This document shows positions 1 through 61,280 of a stretch of DNA of 64,000 nucleotides, one piece after another; position 1 is the stretch's first letter, and every line of letters begins with the position of its first letter. Origin of the DNA: Heteronotia binoei (taxonomy: Eukaryota); the NCBI RefSeq assembly GCF_032191835.1, contig NC_083241.1, positions 45,632,001 through 45,696,000 of the forward strand. The letters are read 5' to 3'. The position numbers and the translations under genes were made by a program. The notes below the pieces were generated by a model, which was given only the letters and a program-made list of their open reading frames with translations, did not search any database and was not told where the DNA came from.

Positions 1-330
1 CTGCGCCATCCCCACCACCGACTCAGGAGCTGCTCAGCCCCAGCTTGGTCACATGCCTCCTGCCACCCCTTCACTCTTCCAAAGCAGGGCCTGCAAGACT
101 GTCCTCTTCCGGCTGGCACCGGTATTTAAGAAGGCCGTCGCCACCGGAATAGCACCAACTCAATATTCTGTTTAATTGTTTAAACATTGAATATCTGTTT
201 TATTACTGAATGTGTTATTTCAAGTCTTATTAATTTAATTGTCTGGGGGATTTTATGCTGGAAGCTGCCCTAAGCCTGCTTCAGCGGGGAGGGCGGGATA
301 GAAATCAAATCAAATTAAAACAAATAAAAG
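1..330 (+). mobile_element. L2-type LINE 3' end (degenerate)
   Basis: ORF2 C-terminus-like FQSRACKTVLFRL followed by the tail gctgccctaagcctgcttcagcggggagggcgggatagaaat. Confidence 0.55.
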
Positions 331-578
331 GAAAGGTTTCAAAGAGCTCACACCACGGTCTGGGCGAGACCGGCACAGCCTCTGCGCCTGCCAAGCCTGG
401 CCAGCAGCCCTGCACAAGCCACCCGTGCATCCCTACCCGGGGCACATATGCCACCTGAATGGGCAATGCCCACCAGCCCCTGCTCTCTAACAGGGTGCCA
501 ACTCAGCACTCGGTGGCTCTTGAGAGCACGCCTGTTGCTTCCAGCCACCCAGCAGACGCCAAGAGGACATCACTCCAC

Positions 579-49589
<49,011 letters not shown>

Positions 49590-51259
49590 CTGCGGAGAAA
49601 AGGAGACAGGGATGACGAAACCAAGAAAGAGAGAGATGAGTTGTTTTAAGCAGCATCATTCCATAAGCTCCTCTGCCCACAGGTCCAGGAGTTCTGGGAA
49701 GAAGGAACACCCAGGCAGCGGCAGGCGTCCCCCGCTGTGTCACACTGGAAAGGCCGGCACAGCCTTCCTCAGTCCACCTTGGTGCCAAGCAGGACATTCA
49801 CAGCCACAAGACCCCCCCGCAAAGGGCCTGGCTCCAACCACCAGCCTTGGAAGGAGCAACTGACCTCGCCACCACTTTCTGGAAGGCAGCATGGAAGACT
49901 GAGAAGAGCCCCGTCTCAAGAGACCTGAGAAGCCTCAGCAGGGCCGGTACTTGGATGGGGGATCAACAAGGAAGATTGTGCAGAGAAAGACAATGGCAAG
50001 CCACCTCTGCTTAAAAGCCCCTGGTGGGGGTCACCATAAGTTGGCTAGGACTTGACAGCACTTCACACACCCACACCCACCACTTTCCCCATAGGTCTCC
50101 TTGTGGATACAACTCACGTTTGCTTCTTTATCACGTGCTCCTCAAACGGGATGCACCGAGGAGAGATCCGGCACAGCACAAAAGGTGCATTTCAGGGTCA
50201 AAACAGCAAACTGGGGGAAGCGACTCAAACCAAAGGGGCAGGATGACAGAGATGGGAAGCTCAGAGCTTTGCCCTTCAGAATAGGAGGGGAAGAGCTAAG
50301 CCACAAGACATGGAAAGACCACTGGCCAGTTTCGTGTGAACTGCCCGATGTTCACATTGAAATGAGAAGCTTAATGCTGTGATTAGAGAATGTAGAACAG
50401 GGTTCCTAAATAATTAAACCATCAAACTGAAGAAAGAATTGAAACGTCATCAAAATCTAGAGAGACGTCATTTCAAGAAAGTGGCTGTGTTGAAGCTACA
50501 CTCCTCAGGAGCACCCACCTTGTGAATTTCAGTCGGACTATTTCCAAGTTTGGACTCATATCTCTTCATTTGGAGATGGGAGCTTTTGGCCCTACGGGGT
50601 TTTCTGTTACTTTAAAAGGCCTTAGCACTGCTGGCCTCTATCATTATTGTATTGTCTATTTTGTGTTGTGCACAATCCTTATAATATATTTTTGCAAACT
50701 GAAAGACGGTGTGATACTTGGTGGCTCTGATCAGTTGCCTAATTACAAGCTACAGCCTGCTGGTGGCTGGCTTCCTTGTGAAGTCTGGCCGCAGAGGCCA
50801 ACCTTCCTGGGACTGAGGAAGACACTCCAGCTCAGGGAGAGCGCAGGCAGAATAATTAGCTGTTGTGATATCATAACACCAAAGCCTTTTAAGGGTAAGA
50901 GGGCAGCACAACAGAGCCCAGGTCATGGTGAACCCCCATGGAACCACATTAGTCTCCCCAGCCGCTTCCCGTCCAAACACCCACTAGGCCAGCTGGCTCC
51001 CCCTCACGTGCTTCCAGCTCTCTCTGGCCCCTTCGCATTCTGCATTACTCCAGAGCACCACCACATTCACTGCTGGAGGCCAGGACCCCCAACGATCCCC
51101 CCACCCTCCGTTCCCTTCATTGGGCTGCAGTCAGCGAATGAGTGGAAATGGCCATTTTGCTTCTTTTGCCCCGTAAGAGTAGCAGAACATGGGAATAACT
51201 GTTGGATCCAGTTGTCCAGCATCCTGTCACACACAATGGCCCTCCATTTGCCCAGGAGG

Positions 51260-52060
51260 GCCCACAGCCAAGTCTAAGCCCCACCCCGCCATACTGCCTT
51301 CCAGCAGTGGGTCTCAGAAGTTTTTTGCCTCTGAATGAGGAAAGTCGCTTTAGTGACCATGGCTAGAAGCTACTGATAGACCAGTCTCTCCCCACCCCCT
51401 CCAATTAATCTGTCTAATTCCCTTTTAAGGCCATCTGTGCTCATGGCCATTGCACTCCTCTTCTGGCATGTTTAAGCACTGTTTGAGTAAAGAGGTATTC
51501 CCTGGGGTGTGTCCCATGCCTCTTGCCCATCAATGTCCTTGGCAGCTCCAAAGTTCTAATATGATGGGGGAGGAGAAGCTCCTCCTCTTAGCCACACTCT
51601 CCACCCAATGCACAATTTTAGAAACCTCTATCATGCCCCCCCCCAAGTCCCAGACTTTTCAGCCTTTCCCCACAGAAAGGGTGCACTAACCCTTGAGTCA
51701 TCTTGGCAGCGGTTTTTGGTAGTTTTTCAATCTCTGCACTATCCTTCTTGCAACACTACAGCCAGAGCTATAAAATCATTCCAAATGTGGATGCACCATT
51801 GCTCTAGACAAGGACATTACACTATTTGCCATTTTACTCTCCACAACCTTTGTAATAGTCCCCAGCATGGAGCTAGCTTTTTTCACTGCTGCTGCACACT
51901 GAGTTGACATTTTCACTGAGCTATTCACTATATTTCCAAGATCTCTTCAATCTTGGTCTCAGCCAATTCAGCATACATTCAAATTTAGGATTTTTGGTTC
52001 CATCAGCTTGCATTTACCAACACTACATGTTCATTTGCCACATTGATGTCCACTCACTGA
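51260..52060 (-). mobile_element. Old CR1 LINE 3' portion
   Basis: Minus strand aaaatgtcaactcagtgtgcagcagcagtgaaaaaagctagctccatgctggggactatt equals the CR1 MSxQCAAAVKKAxSMLG motif. Confidence 0.75.
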
Positions 52061-52214
52061 ACTGACAGCGTTTCAGTTTGCCAAGTAGTCCTAGAACTTC
52101 CTCTCTCATTACCTCTCATTACTTCAGTTTGACTCAGTTCTGCAGATACCCTCCCCAAAATAGCAGTTCTGGCGTGGGTACAGGCCCCGCAATTTCTACA
52201 GTGAGAATGGAATC

Positions 52215-52495
52215 AAGGAAGAAGACTCCAGATTTATACCCCGCCCTTCTCCCTGAATCAGACTCAGAGCAGCTTACAATCTCCTATATCTTCTCCCCCA
52301 CCCCACAACAGACACCCTGTGAAGTGGGTGGGGCTGAGAGAGCTCTCACAGCAGCTGCTCTTTCAAGGACAACTCTGCGAGAGCTACGGCTAACCCAAGG
52401 CCATTCCAGCAGCTGTAAGTGGAGGAGTGGGGAATCAAACCTGGTTCTCCCAGATAGGAGTCCATGCACTTCACCACTACACCAAACTGGAACTC
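52215..52495 (-). mobile_element. tRNA-derived SINE (Squam3-like), full length
   Basis: Near-identical to 12415-12690 and 31700-31988. Confidence 0.85.
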
Positions 52496-52499
52496 ATTC

Positions 52500-53000
52500 C
52501 CTCTGTCTTCCTTAATCCTTTAATTTCTTTGCCACCCCACAGCCTCATTGCCTCCTCAGGTTTCTCGCTCATATTTTTGCAGAAGTTTGTCTTAACGCTT
52601 TAGCAAGACTTGGTGCCGCTTCACCTGACTTGAGGTGTACATTTTCTCTGGGCCTCAATTAGAGTAGTTTTGAGTCCTTTCCAGGCATCACGGAGGGATC
52701 TGTCTCTCTCAAGTCTCCCTTTCCGTTTCCTTCGGACTATTCCCTGCATTTTTGCAAAGTTCCTCCTTTTGAAATGAATACTTTGGACTTTGTGGTCAAA
52801 TTTCCAGTGACATTAAAGCGGAACTTAACAGCATTGTAGTTGCTGTTCCCAATCAGTGCAGTAACTCTACAGGTCATACAAGATCTCCAGCCCCTCTGAA
52901 AAACAAGTCCAGAGTCACGACACGTCCAGTCAGCTGCATGACCAACTGCTCCAATAGACAGTCATTTATGATATTTAGAAACCTCCTTTGTACAGCATGA
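52500..53000 (-). mobile_element. Old CR1 endonuclease-linker fragment
   Basis: Minus strand INDCLLEQLV...LDLFF...IGNSNYNAVKF, a degenerate CR1 APE C-terminus. Confidence 0.65.
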
Positions 53001-55754
53001 CTTATACAAGGCAGCTTCATGTGTGTTCATGTGACTCAAGCCTAGTCAACATAAGTCCAGTGTCAGGATCCATGTACTGTCTCCTGCCAAGCCTTCCTCC
53101 CTTACACGGAGCTGTTACTGTCTTGCTGTGGTACGTTAAGAGGTCACGCTGTGCTTGTACAAGGTGATCTTGTCTCTCACAGTGGAGAGGTTGGTAGTGC
53201 CTTGGAACATGGGGGAGCCCTGCTTCCATGCCACCATCTGGAGATGACCCCTCAAGAGATAAGGAGATGTGTTCCTTTTGAACTGCTGTGTGCTGCGGGG
53301 GGGGGGGGGAGCCCTCACTTTTCTGGACTTCTTAATGATGTCTGCAATTCTTAGCTTCACTTCTGGCAAGGCATCTGTGAGAGAGAGTCTGCACTTGTAA
53401 CATATCCATAAAGCTTCACCTATGCCTTATAGCCAAAGCCTATCTGAGTGTTACTTGGCAAAACCTCACAGGGAGTTGAAGCCACCCAATGTTTCCCATC
53501 TCAAGGTCTGATGGGGGGAGGGGGCAAAAGTATGAGTAATTCTTAGGGTCTGGCTTTGCCACCCATAGAGATTCTCCTGCTGATGTTTTCTTGCTTGTCT
53601 GAGTCTATGCCCACAATGCTGTCCCAACAGATCCCTTCTGGTTTCTATCCAGGCATAACAGTATTCCATTTATGTTCCCACGTCCTGCCAGGTTTCTAAA
53701 ACACCTACTATGTCTAAATTGAGCACCAGGCACTCCAGAGGGTCAGAGGCTTCTAAGCATGAGCCTGTTGGCACCCATTCCACATGGTATTAGCATATTG
53801 GCACCAGTGCCTCATTGCCACCTCCTCCCTCTGCTCTTGGGTTTCCTCTCATGGCTCTCCTTTACTGCCCCCAGCATGCTCATTCTCAAGTCCCACCAGC
53901 CTGGTTCCCTTTTGGTTCTTTCCTACGTGTTCACAGCTCGTCCCAGGAAGCTGATCAGTGCCTAACAAATCTAAACACTTCTGACAACTTCAGCACCGCT
54001 TTCCCTTGAAATGAGGTGACTGCAGCAAATTAGGGACCTCCTAGGCAGCATCATGTCCCTTCTGCACAGAGCAACTCAGATTTAGCTATGTGATGATGTG
54101 GCAGAAGAGGCCTGCTCCGGCCTGCAGGCCTTGTTTATGCCTTGCTCTCCTTGGGGTTCCCAACTCCCCTGGAGGGCTCTTCCTTTTTCTCTCCCAGTAG
54201 AGGCCGCCGCCACCACCTGATCAATGCAAAGGTTTCCCACGGAAGGGATCAGGACCTTCAGCTCCCCTATGTTCCCTGCTTGCAGAAGGTGGAGGAGGGG
54301 ACTGGCCCATCCCACTGTCTCTAGCAAGACCCATTAAGAGCTGCGTTTGGAAGGCTATGGAGTCCTTTCCTCCCTCCTGCTGCTCGTTCTTAGCTCAGGG
54401 GAAAAAACCTGATCCAACCACACAGCCCAGCCCAGCCCTGCCAATTGCCAAGCACCTAGGAGACAAGGCATTTCACCACAGAGAACATTACAAAGGCAAG
54501 TGAGAAAGAGGGCCGGAAGCATCGCTCTTCCTTACGCTGTGGGGGCTTTGGGAAGAAGCTGTGTAGCCTGTTTGACTACAGGAGGACATCATGAAGTCAA
54601 TGATTTCTGCTTTCATTCTGAGCGAGCATTTTTAAGTTGCCGAATTAGTGCACTCAACCATGTAAAAGATCACAGGAAAGAGTGTACATAGGCCTTGCAG
54701 CTTGAGTCTGTATTAAAATGCCATCACAGAGATAGCTTACCAGTCTCTCCACAAAGGATTAAAGCAGCTTTAATACCAGCCAAAAATATCAGTTCACTTC
54801 CTCTGTAGCAGAGCAGAGCAGCCATTAGCACAGGGCATCCAGCAACCTCTGACAAGCTGGCTGAGACACTAGAAGGGGGACAGCGGGTCAGTTTCACGCT
54901 AGGACTGAAGAGGCAAACTGTATCCCCAAAGTCATCAGGCTCATTCTACAAACTAATATGGGGGAGACAAGAGTGAAATCATGTGTACTTCATTCTTCTC
55001 ATCTACGGCTACATTCCCAGTGTGCGTCTTTATTAGCTGGGATTATTCTATGTATGCAGCTGCCCGGCTGCTGCTTGGGGAGGCTTTCTGCAGAATAATC
55101 CCGGCTGGGGGAGGCCCAGGGGATGCTGCTACCAGACTAACAAGGGCTTCTCTTATCTTGTCACTTGGTTTTAATGGCGAGCTGCCTCCAGCAATGCTCC
55201 ACAGAGGCAGCAGAGAAGCACCCTAAATAAACAAACTTCTCCTGACTGCTTCACCCCCTTCTCTTGAGGCAGAGCTTCATGGTGAACTCTCTTGGTTCTC
55301 TGCTCTATCACATATCATCAACATGTGTCGATCACTTACACAACTTACAGAAAGAAAGAAATGAATAATGAGAGCATGTGACAGCCCCATGATACTCAAA
55401 CAGGGGGAAGCCACTGTGATGGGCAGTCTGACTCCCTGCAAGAACTTCCGCGCCCTGCTGACTCAGGCCGGCGTCCTCTTCCAAGCACTGGGACTGGCAG
55501 GCAAAAGGCCTCCCCTGATGCTGCCTCCGAGCTCTGCCATGCAGAAGTTTGCTGCCTCTCAACAGAGACCAGGACTGGTATTTTGCTACACTAACTGCAA
55601 GCAGAGATGATAAAAACCTGACCTGCTTAGTTTAGAAAAAGGAGGCTCCCAGCAAAGACATCAGAGGGGGCAAGATGAATCCTTGGCGGGGACTGATGAG
55701 AGGCTGCAAGGGGACATTAATAAACCCAGTCTAGAAACAAGGAGAAAGTTTTTA

Positions 55755-55960
55755 AGAAGAGTGGGTTTTTATGCCCAACTTTTCTCATCCTCGGGACTCT
55801 CAAAGCAGCTTACAATCTCCTTCCTCTCCTCACAACAGTCACCTTGTGAGGCAGGTGGGGCTGAGAGAGTTCAGAGAGAACCGTGCATGTGGGGGGGAAG
55901 AGGAGTGAGGAACCAACCCCAGTTCTCCAGATCAGGACCTGTCAGTCCAAACCACAGTGG
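55755..55960 (-). mobile_element. Degenerate Squam3-like SINE
   Basis: aagaagagtgggtttttat...gcagcttacaatctccttcc...cacaacag...gtgaggcaggtggggctgagagag. Confidence 0.7.
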
Positions 55961-56949
55961 GGGTCAGAGATTAAGCCAGAGCCCCCCCCCGCCAAAAAAA
56001 AGAGCTGGTGGAGATGATCAGGCTCCTCCCAATGTTTCTGAGGTGTTCTGGGATGCTTGGGAACTGGGAACAGCATTGCCCCCCTCCCCCAGCACCTCAG
56101 TCTTTGTCTGTTGGACTCGACACTTCCACAACCACCTGCTTGTTCTGCTTGTGCACTGCAATGCTGCAACTGAGCTGAAAGAATCGAAGCCTGCACATGT
56201 GCTAGTGGTCATCAGGCATAGGAACACTTCTGCCAAAAGGAAAAACAATTTCTCTGCTAGAGGCCATTAGTGAACACGGGCTTTATTTTTAAGCTGCAGA
56301 GGATCAGCACTGCAAAGGAGGGCAGCCCTGAGATCTGGGGAAGGAAGGCCTTCTGGGCGACAGACTGGCTGGCTGACCACTTCCCTCCCTCCCTGAGCTC
56401 CAGGCAACAGATTGCCAGATGGACAGCTGTCCTCCAGGACCGGCCCATTTTGCTGTGTGCCCCTCCCTCCCTACAGCACTTCTTTTGTCTTTCCAGTCTA
56501 CATTATCCCCCCCCCCATATCTTTTGGCTTACTGCCCACTGCCCCCCCACACCAAGCGTGTTCCCCAGCCCACACACACACACACACACACTGTCAATCT
56601 GGTTCATTTCAAAGCATCATGCACAACTGGCTCAGAATTCGGCTCTGGGCTCAGGCGCTTTGCCCTGAAATTCAAAAGCAGGACATTTACTCAGGAGAAC
56701 TAAAAGCGAGGAAGATGACAAGAATGTTGCAGCCAAAAGAGCTGCACATTCCTCAGGACTTCCCCAGATTACTGTCAGGCAGCTATATTTACACATAGCA
56801 GCAAAACAGACAGGGCCCTCCCAGCACCTGAGAGAAGAGACATGCAGCTGTATCAGTGCTTTTGCTGGAGAAAACCCCAGTAGAATTAAGGTGCCATAAG
56901 ACTCCAGCTTGGCTTCACAACCCCCCCCCCCCCAGTGTCATCTCATGCA

Positions 56950-59800
56950 TCCACTCCTTCCAGGACTGAACTTTAGCCCCTGCCAGAACCCCCACCCCCA
57001 TGTCAGAATTCCCTCCTTTACTCCTTCGCAGGAGTTGAGACCTGTAACCACCAAGAGCTCCTGATCACATTCTGTGCCAAGCCAGCAAAGATACCCAATG
57101 CAAATGTCCGGCACTTCCTCTGAATCTTACCAGGCCAAGTAAAGGGGGGTCCTATTCACAGAAGTCCAGGGAAATAGAGGATGCCCCTACCATGACAGGA
57201 ACCATCCTACAAACCACCCACAGGCAGGAGAGAACTGCCCCACCTCCAGACCACTGAGAAGGAAGACTCTTCAAGGGAAGTGAGACAAATCTTCCACTCT
57301 CCAGTGGTCCAGAGGTGGGATATAGAAAAGCAGCCTGTCCCTAGGAGGGAGAGTCGGTTTCCTAGACTGAGATGGAATGCTGTTCAACTCTCCTTCTGAA
57401 GGTGGCCTCCGCCGAGGACAGCCTATCAATTCTACAGTGCCTGGTGGATGAACATATGAAGCTGCCTTATACTGAATCAGACCTTTGGTCCATCAAAGAG
57501 TATTGTCTTCTCAGACTGGCAGCGGCTCTCCAGGGTCTCAAGCTGGGGTTTTTCACGCCTATTTGCCTTGACCCTTTTTTGGAGATGCCAGGGATTGAAC
57601 CTGGGACCTTCTGCTTCCCAAGCAGACGCTCTACCACTGAGCCACTGTCTCTCCCCAATGGGATGGATGAGTGAAGGGACCTCCACATGGCAGCCTTGCC
57701 AATGGCCTCCAGAGAGGGCAGCGCTCTACATGCTGCCAAGGTTGCCACCACTCTGAGGGTGTGTGCTGTGACTTCTGGAGGCAGATCCAGACCTGCGGAC
57801 TTATAGGGCAGAATCATACATCCTCTAGCCCACCTGCTAATGGTGGAGGCCTTGTGCCCCATGGACAAGTTTCTAAAAGAAACAAAGAGTCATTCTTTCA
57901 AAAGGCTTTAGTTATGGCCAAACAGAAATTCAAAGCTCTTTTCACATCCAAACAGTGCCACTCTTTTTCCTGAGGGTGCTGAGGATTTTGACAAAAGGAA
58001 GGTAAAATTAGGTCCTCTGACCTATGGAAAGCAGAGTTTACTTTTGGGACAAAGGCTGGGTCTGTGCAGAGTACCACATTATTATGAAAAACACCGAGCT
58101 CCTTGTCCACTGAAAGAGCACTAAGTTGACACCCTCCTAGCGAAGGTGATGCCTATCAAGAAGATAGTTTTGAATGTGTGGTCTTTAAGGGGGCATGTCG
58201 TCATGGGTGATCTAGCTAGGACCTGAGAACTACATTCAAGTTCCGTGTGGGAAAGTGATGAGCTGGGGGAGGGGAGACTGATCAAGGCAGACCTCTCAGA
58301 ACCTTCTTGACATGGGGATATTGGGTCAAAGACTTCCCCTTCTTGGATCCTCTAATATAGCTGCTACCTGTCTTTTAAGAGTACTGGTGCTAAGGTCTTT
58401 CTCCAACCCTTCCTGCAAGGTCAGGTCTTGGCGGTAAGGGGCTCAGCCTCTTTACCCAAGCACCAAATCTGGAACACCTGCCAAGTGTTATTATACACCC
58501 TGTTGGTGGACCCTTCCCTAGAGGCTACTAAAATGCCAATGACCCTGTCTGGGTAACTGCCTTCTTGAATGGCACTTGTTCAACCTCCAGGCTGTGAGAT
58601 TCAGTAGCTCAGGCTGCAGGTGCAGGAGGGACCTTGCAAGAGACAGTCCTCTCTGCTCAGGAGCCTCCATCACTGACAGTCTCATCAGATCTTGCGGGGC
58701 CAAGAGGGAGCCACCAAGACCACCTCCACCTGAAGGTCTATGATTCTGTGTCTATCCTCTGTATTATCTGAGTGGGTTCTAGAGTTCATCCATAGTCATG
58801 CAGACAAACTCCTTTTCAGGCCTTTCTGGTTCTGTCCTGATGTTCTGGTAGAGGGGACGTGGTGGCCCCCTGACTGCTTGGGGTGCCATCTCTCCTGGGT
58901 TTCTGGAAACCTGAAGAAGGCGTGGTTCACAAAAGGAAGAAGAATGCTTCTTTGGTTTGCTATCCCATCCTGAGGGAGGGAAGTGTTTTCTTTTTATCCT
59001 TATCCTCCACCAGGTACCAAACCATCCCATCGCTGAAGAGATGAAAGCGTGTAAAGGGGACCTGGCCACCTTCGTTCATGGGGATGGATCCAGCTGCAAA
59101 GCCATGTATTTCTTCTAGTGGTTATGTTTGCGGCCAAAGCCCTGGCAGACAGGTGGATGGCATCCAAGAAGGCATCTGCCAAGAAGGCTGCTGTTAAGGC
59201 AATCTTTTTCTGGTCATCTTTAGGTACGTCACTACCAGCAGCTGAGAGGTCTGAAGCCCACGGGTATGCAGCTCTGGTGAACAGCAAGTATGTGGTGGAC
59301 ACCCTTAGGGCTGTCGAGGAAGCCTTGAGGTCCTTCTGCAGGGTCTGCTGAATTTTCTGTCACAAGAATCCCTGGGCTGCCCATCTACTGGCAGAATTAG
59401 AGCACAGGCTGGCCACCTTCAGGTCATCTGGCACCAGGGAGCAGAACATTGAAATAATGTGATGATTAGACTTTGCTGGGGCTTCCCAATCAGACCACAC
59501 CACCCTCTCAACCGCTGCAGGGAAGGGGACCTCAAAGGGGAAACTCCTGGCAGAACCTTTTGGATACTTTGGGTCAGGCCTTTCTGTGCCCTGGTTGCTA
59601 ACAGGAATTTCCAGGAGACACAAGTCTTTTGGGAGGATCTTGTGGAAGACCTCTTGAGGGAAGAGGCAATCCTGCATAGTAGTGACTGCTGGGTCCTCTT
59701 CATCAGATAATTTCGCCTCCTCCTTATGCGAAGATGAATATGAGACTACTGAGTCCTGGTCCTCATTTTGGTAGCAAATAGTATGTGCTTGGGGGTCAAA
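56950..59800 (-). mobile_element. DIRS1-type tyrosine-recombinase retrotransposon, degenerate, RT/RNase H region apparently deleted
   Basis: gag-like AFLADAFLDAIHLSARALAANITTRRNTWL; YR motifs DPAFVPKVNSAFH..LILPSFC..P.H..EKEWH.LDVKRAL and ASTISRW...VTAHTLR..AT.AA; boundaries approximate. Confidence 0.85.
57447..57660 (-). mobile_element. tRNA-Ala-like SINE, full length, inserted into the DIRS recombinase ORF
   Basis: gtggctcagtggtagagc (A box), ggttcaatccc (B box), tail gatggaccaaaggtctgattcagtataaggcagcttcatatgttc; tcatcca repeated at both flanks. Confidence 0.9.
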
Positions 59801-60149
59801 AAAACCAAATATACCATTCCTTTTGTATACAAACAAAACAAAAGTATTATTTATTTATTCAATTTATATCCCGCTCTCCCCACCGAGGCGGGCAGCTAAG
59901 GTTTGTAATGTTGGTGGGAGGAATGATAAATCCAGAGAAACTGTTAAATATATGTCTGTAATATTGAGACAAAATGCAGCAGCAGAATTGTTAAGGTGAC
60001 AACTCATAAAAGCACATATTCTTCTGCCTTAAATAGCTGTCTTTATTTATTTAAAATATTTAATAGCCGCCTTTCTTCCATACAGAGCTCTAGGCAGCTC
60101 ACGTGTGTATGTGTGTACGTATGTGTGTAAAGTGTTGTCAACTCACAAC

Positions 60150-60510
60150 AGACTTATGGTGTTCCCAGCAGGCAGTTGAGCAGAAAAGGCAGTTTGCCAT
60201 GGCCTTCCTCTGCAGAGTCTTCCTTGGTGGTCTCCCATCTAAGAGTTATAGTGACACCAGCAGAGGGTTTTCACAGCAAGTGAGCAGCAGAGGCAGTTTG
60301 CCATGGCCTTCCTCTGCAGAGTCTTCCTTGGTGGTCTCCCACCTAAGTTATAGTGATCCCAGCAGAGGGCTTTCACAGCAAGTGAGCAGCAGAGGCAGTT
60401 TGCCATGGCCTTCCTCTGCAGAGTCTTCCTTGGTGGTCTCCCTTCCAAGTATTGACTCTGCTTAGCTTCCTAGATCTGATGAAATCGGGCTATACCATGC
60501 AGCCTTCCCT
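60150..60510 (-). mobile_element. 5S rRNA-derived SINE with an internal ~103-bp tandem triplication
   Basis: 5S-like head on the minus strand (gcccgatttcatcagatctaggaagctaagcag...ggaagggagacc); ggcagtttgccatgg recurs at 60188, 60292 and 60394. Confidence 0.85.
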
Positions 60511-61134
60511 CCTAAAGCAGCTTACCATATGAATAAAACACATTAAACAGACTGCATAAAAACATAAAACCAAAATTTAAAACCAGTTTAGAACTGCTTT
60601 AATCAAGTGCAGTCCTAATTAAACCACCCTCAGCCACCTCCTCTAAAGAGAGGAGGCAAGACGCCCCTTCCTGGGAAGGTTGTTCTGGGATCAGGAGGCT
60701 GCCAACAAGACCATTTGATTGGTGGGACAGTCAGGAGAGTTTCTCCCTGTGACATTAGTTCCTGGGCAGGCAGGCATGGGAGGAGACAGTACTTCAGATA
60801 TGCGGGTCTTGAGTCATACGTGTACAGCTGGTGGGGAGGGGGGCTATTGTGGTTCCAGGACTAACATGACCTCAGAAGCAGAGGGGGGAGTAGGTTTGAG
60901 CACACTCCCACTTCCCCTTCTCTGTGCAGGCTGGAGAGGGTGGCTGGCTGTGGTCCAAATTGCACATGTCTCCTGGCCACACTCCACTTCCCAAAAGGAG
61001 TGCAGTCCTTGCCAGAGGCTGGGGGCTGCTTTGCCTGCTGAAGCCCCTTCTCCATGTGTGCCAGGAATGAATATGAATCGGGCCCTGCTGGTACGGGAAA
61101 CGAGGAGCACCTGCAAGTTGGTCTACACGGCCCT

Positions 61135-61280
61135 CCTCTCCCACATTTTATCCTCACTTGCAACAGCCTTGTCATGTAGGTTAGGTTTGTGACTGTCCAA
61201 GGTCACCCAGCAAGCATCATGGCAGAGTGGGAATTTGAACCCGAGTATCCCAGTTCCTAGTTCACAGTCCCAGCCACTAC
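61135..61280 (-). mobile_element. Old MIR/Squam3-like SINE remnant
   Basis: cattttatcctcacttgcaacagccttgtcatgtaggttagg...ccaaggtcacccagcaagcatcatggcagagtgggaatttgaaccc. Confidence 0.65.

Noticed and set aside
53017-53369. Two ORFs as an RTE/R4 LINE fragment
   Set aside because: Only vague similarity, with no diagnostic motif I can support.
54996-55018. GNVAVDEK peptide resembling the DSSSVDEK linker I recall from mammalian UNC13C
   Set aside because: No AG acceptor before it and no GT donor after it; treated as coincidence.
55340-55343. Possible 4-nt microexon between two gtaagt motifs
   Set aside because: Not frame-preserving, the acceptor would be an unusual AAG, and there is no protein support.
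57585-57656. tRNA-Ala gene
   Set aside because: The tRNA-like part continues into a SINE body and tail with flanking duplication, and the anticodon arm is degenerate.
60440-60500. 5S rRNA gene (also 10684-10755)
   Set aside because: Partial, diverged and fused to a SINE body; not in a 5S tandem array.
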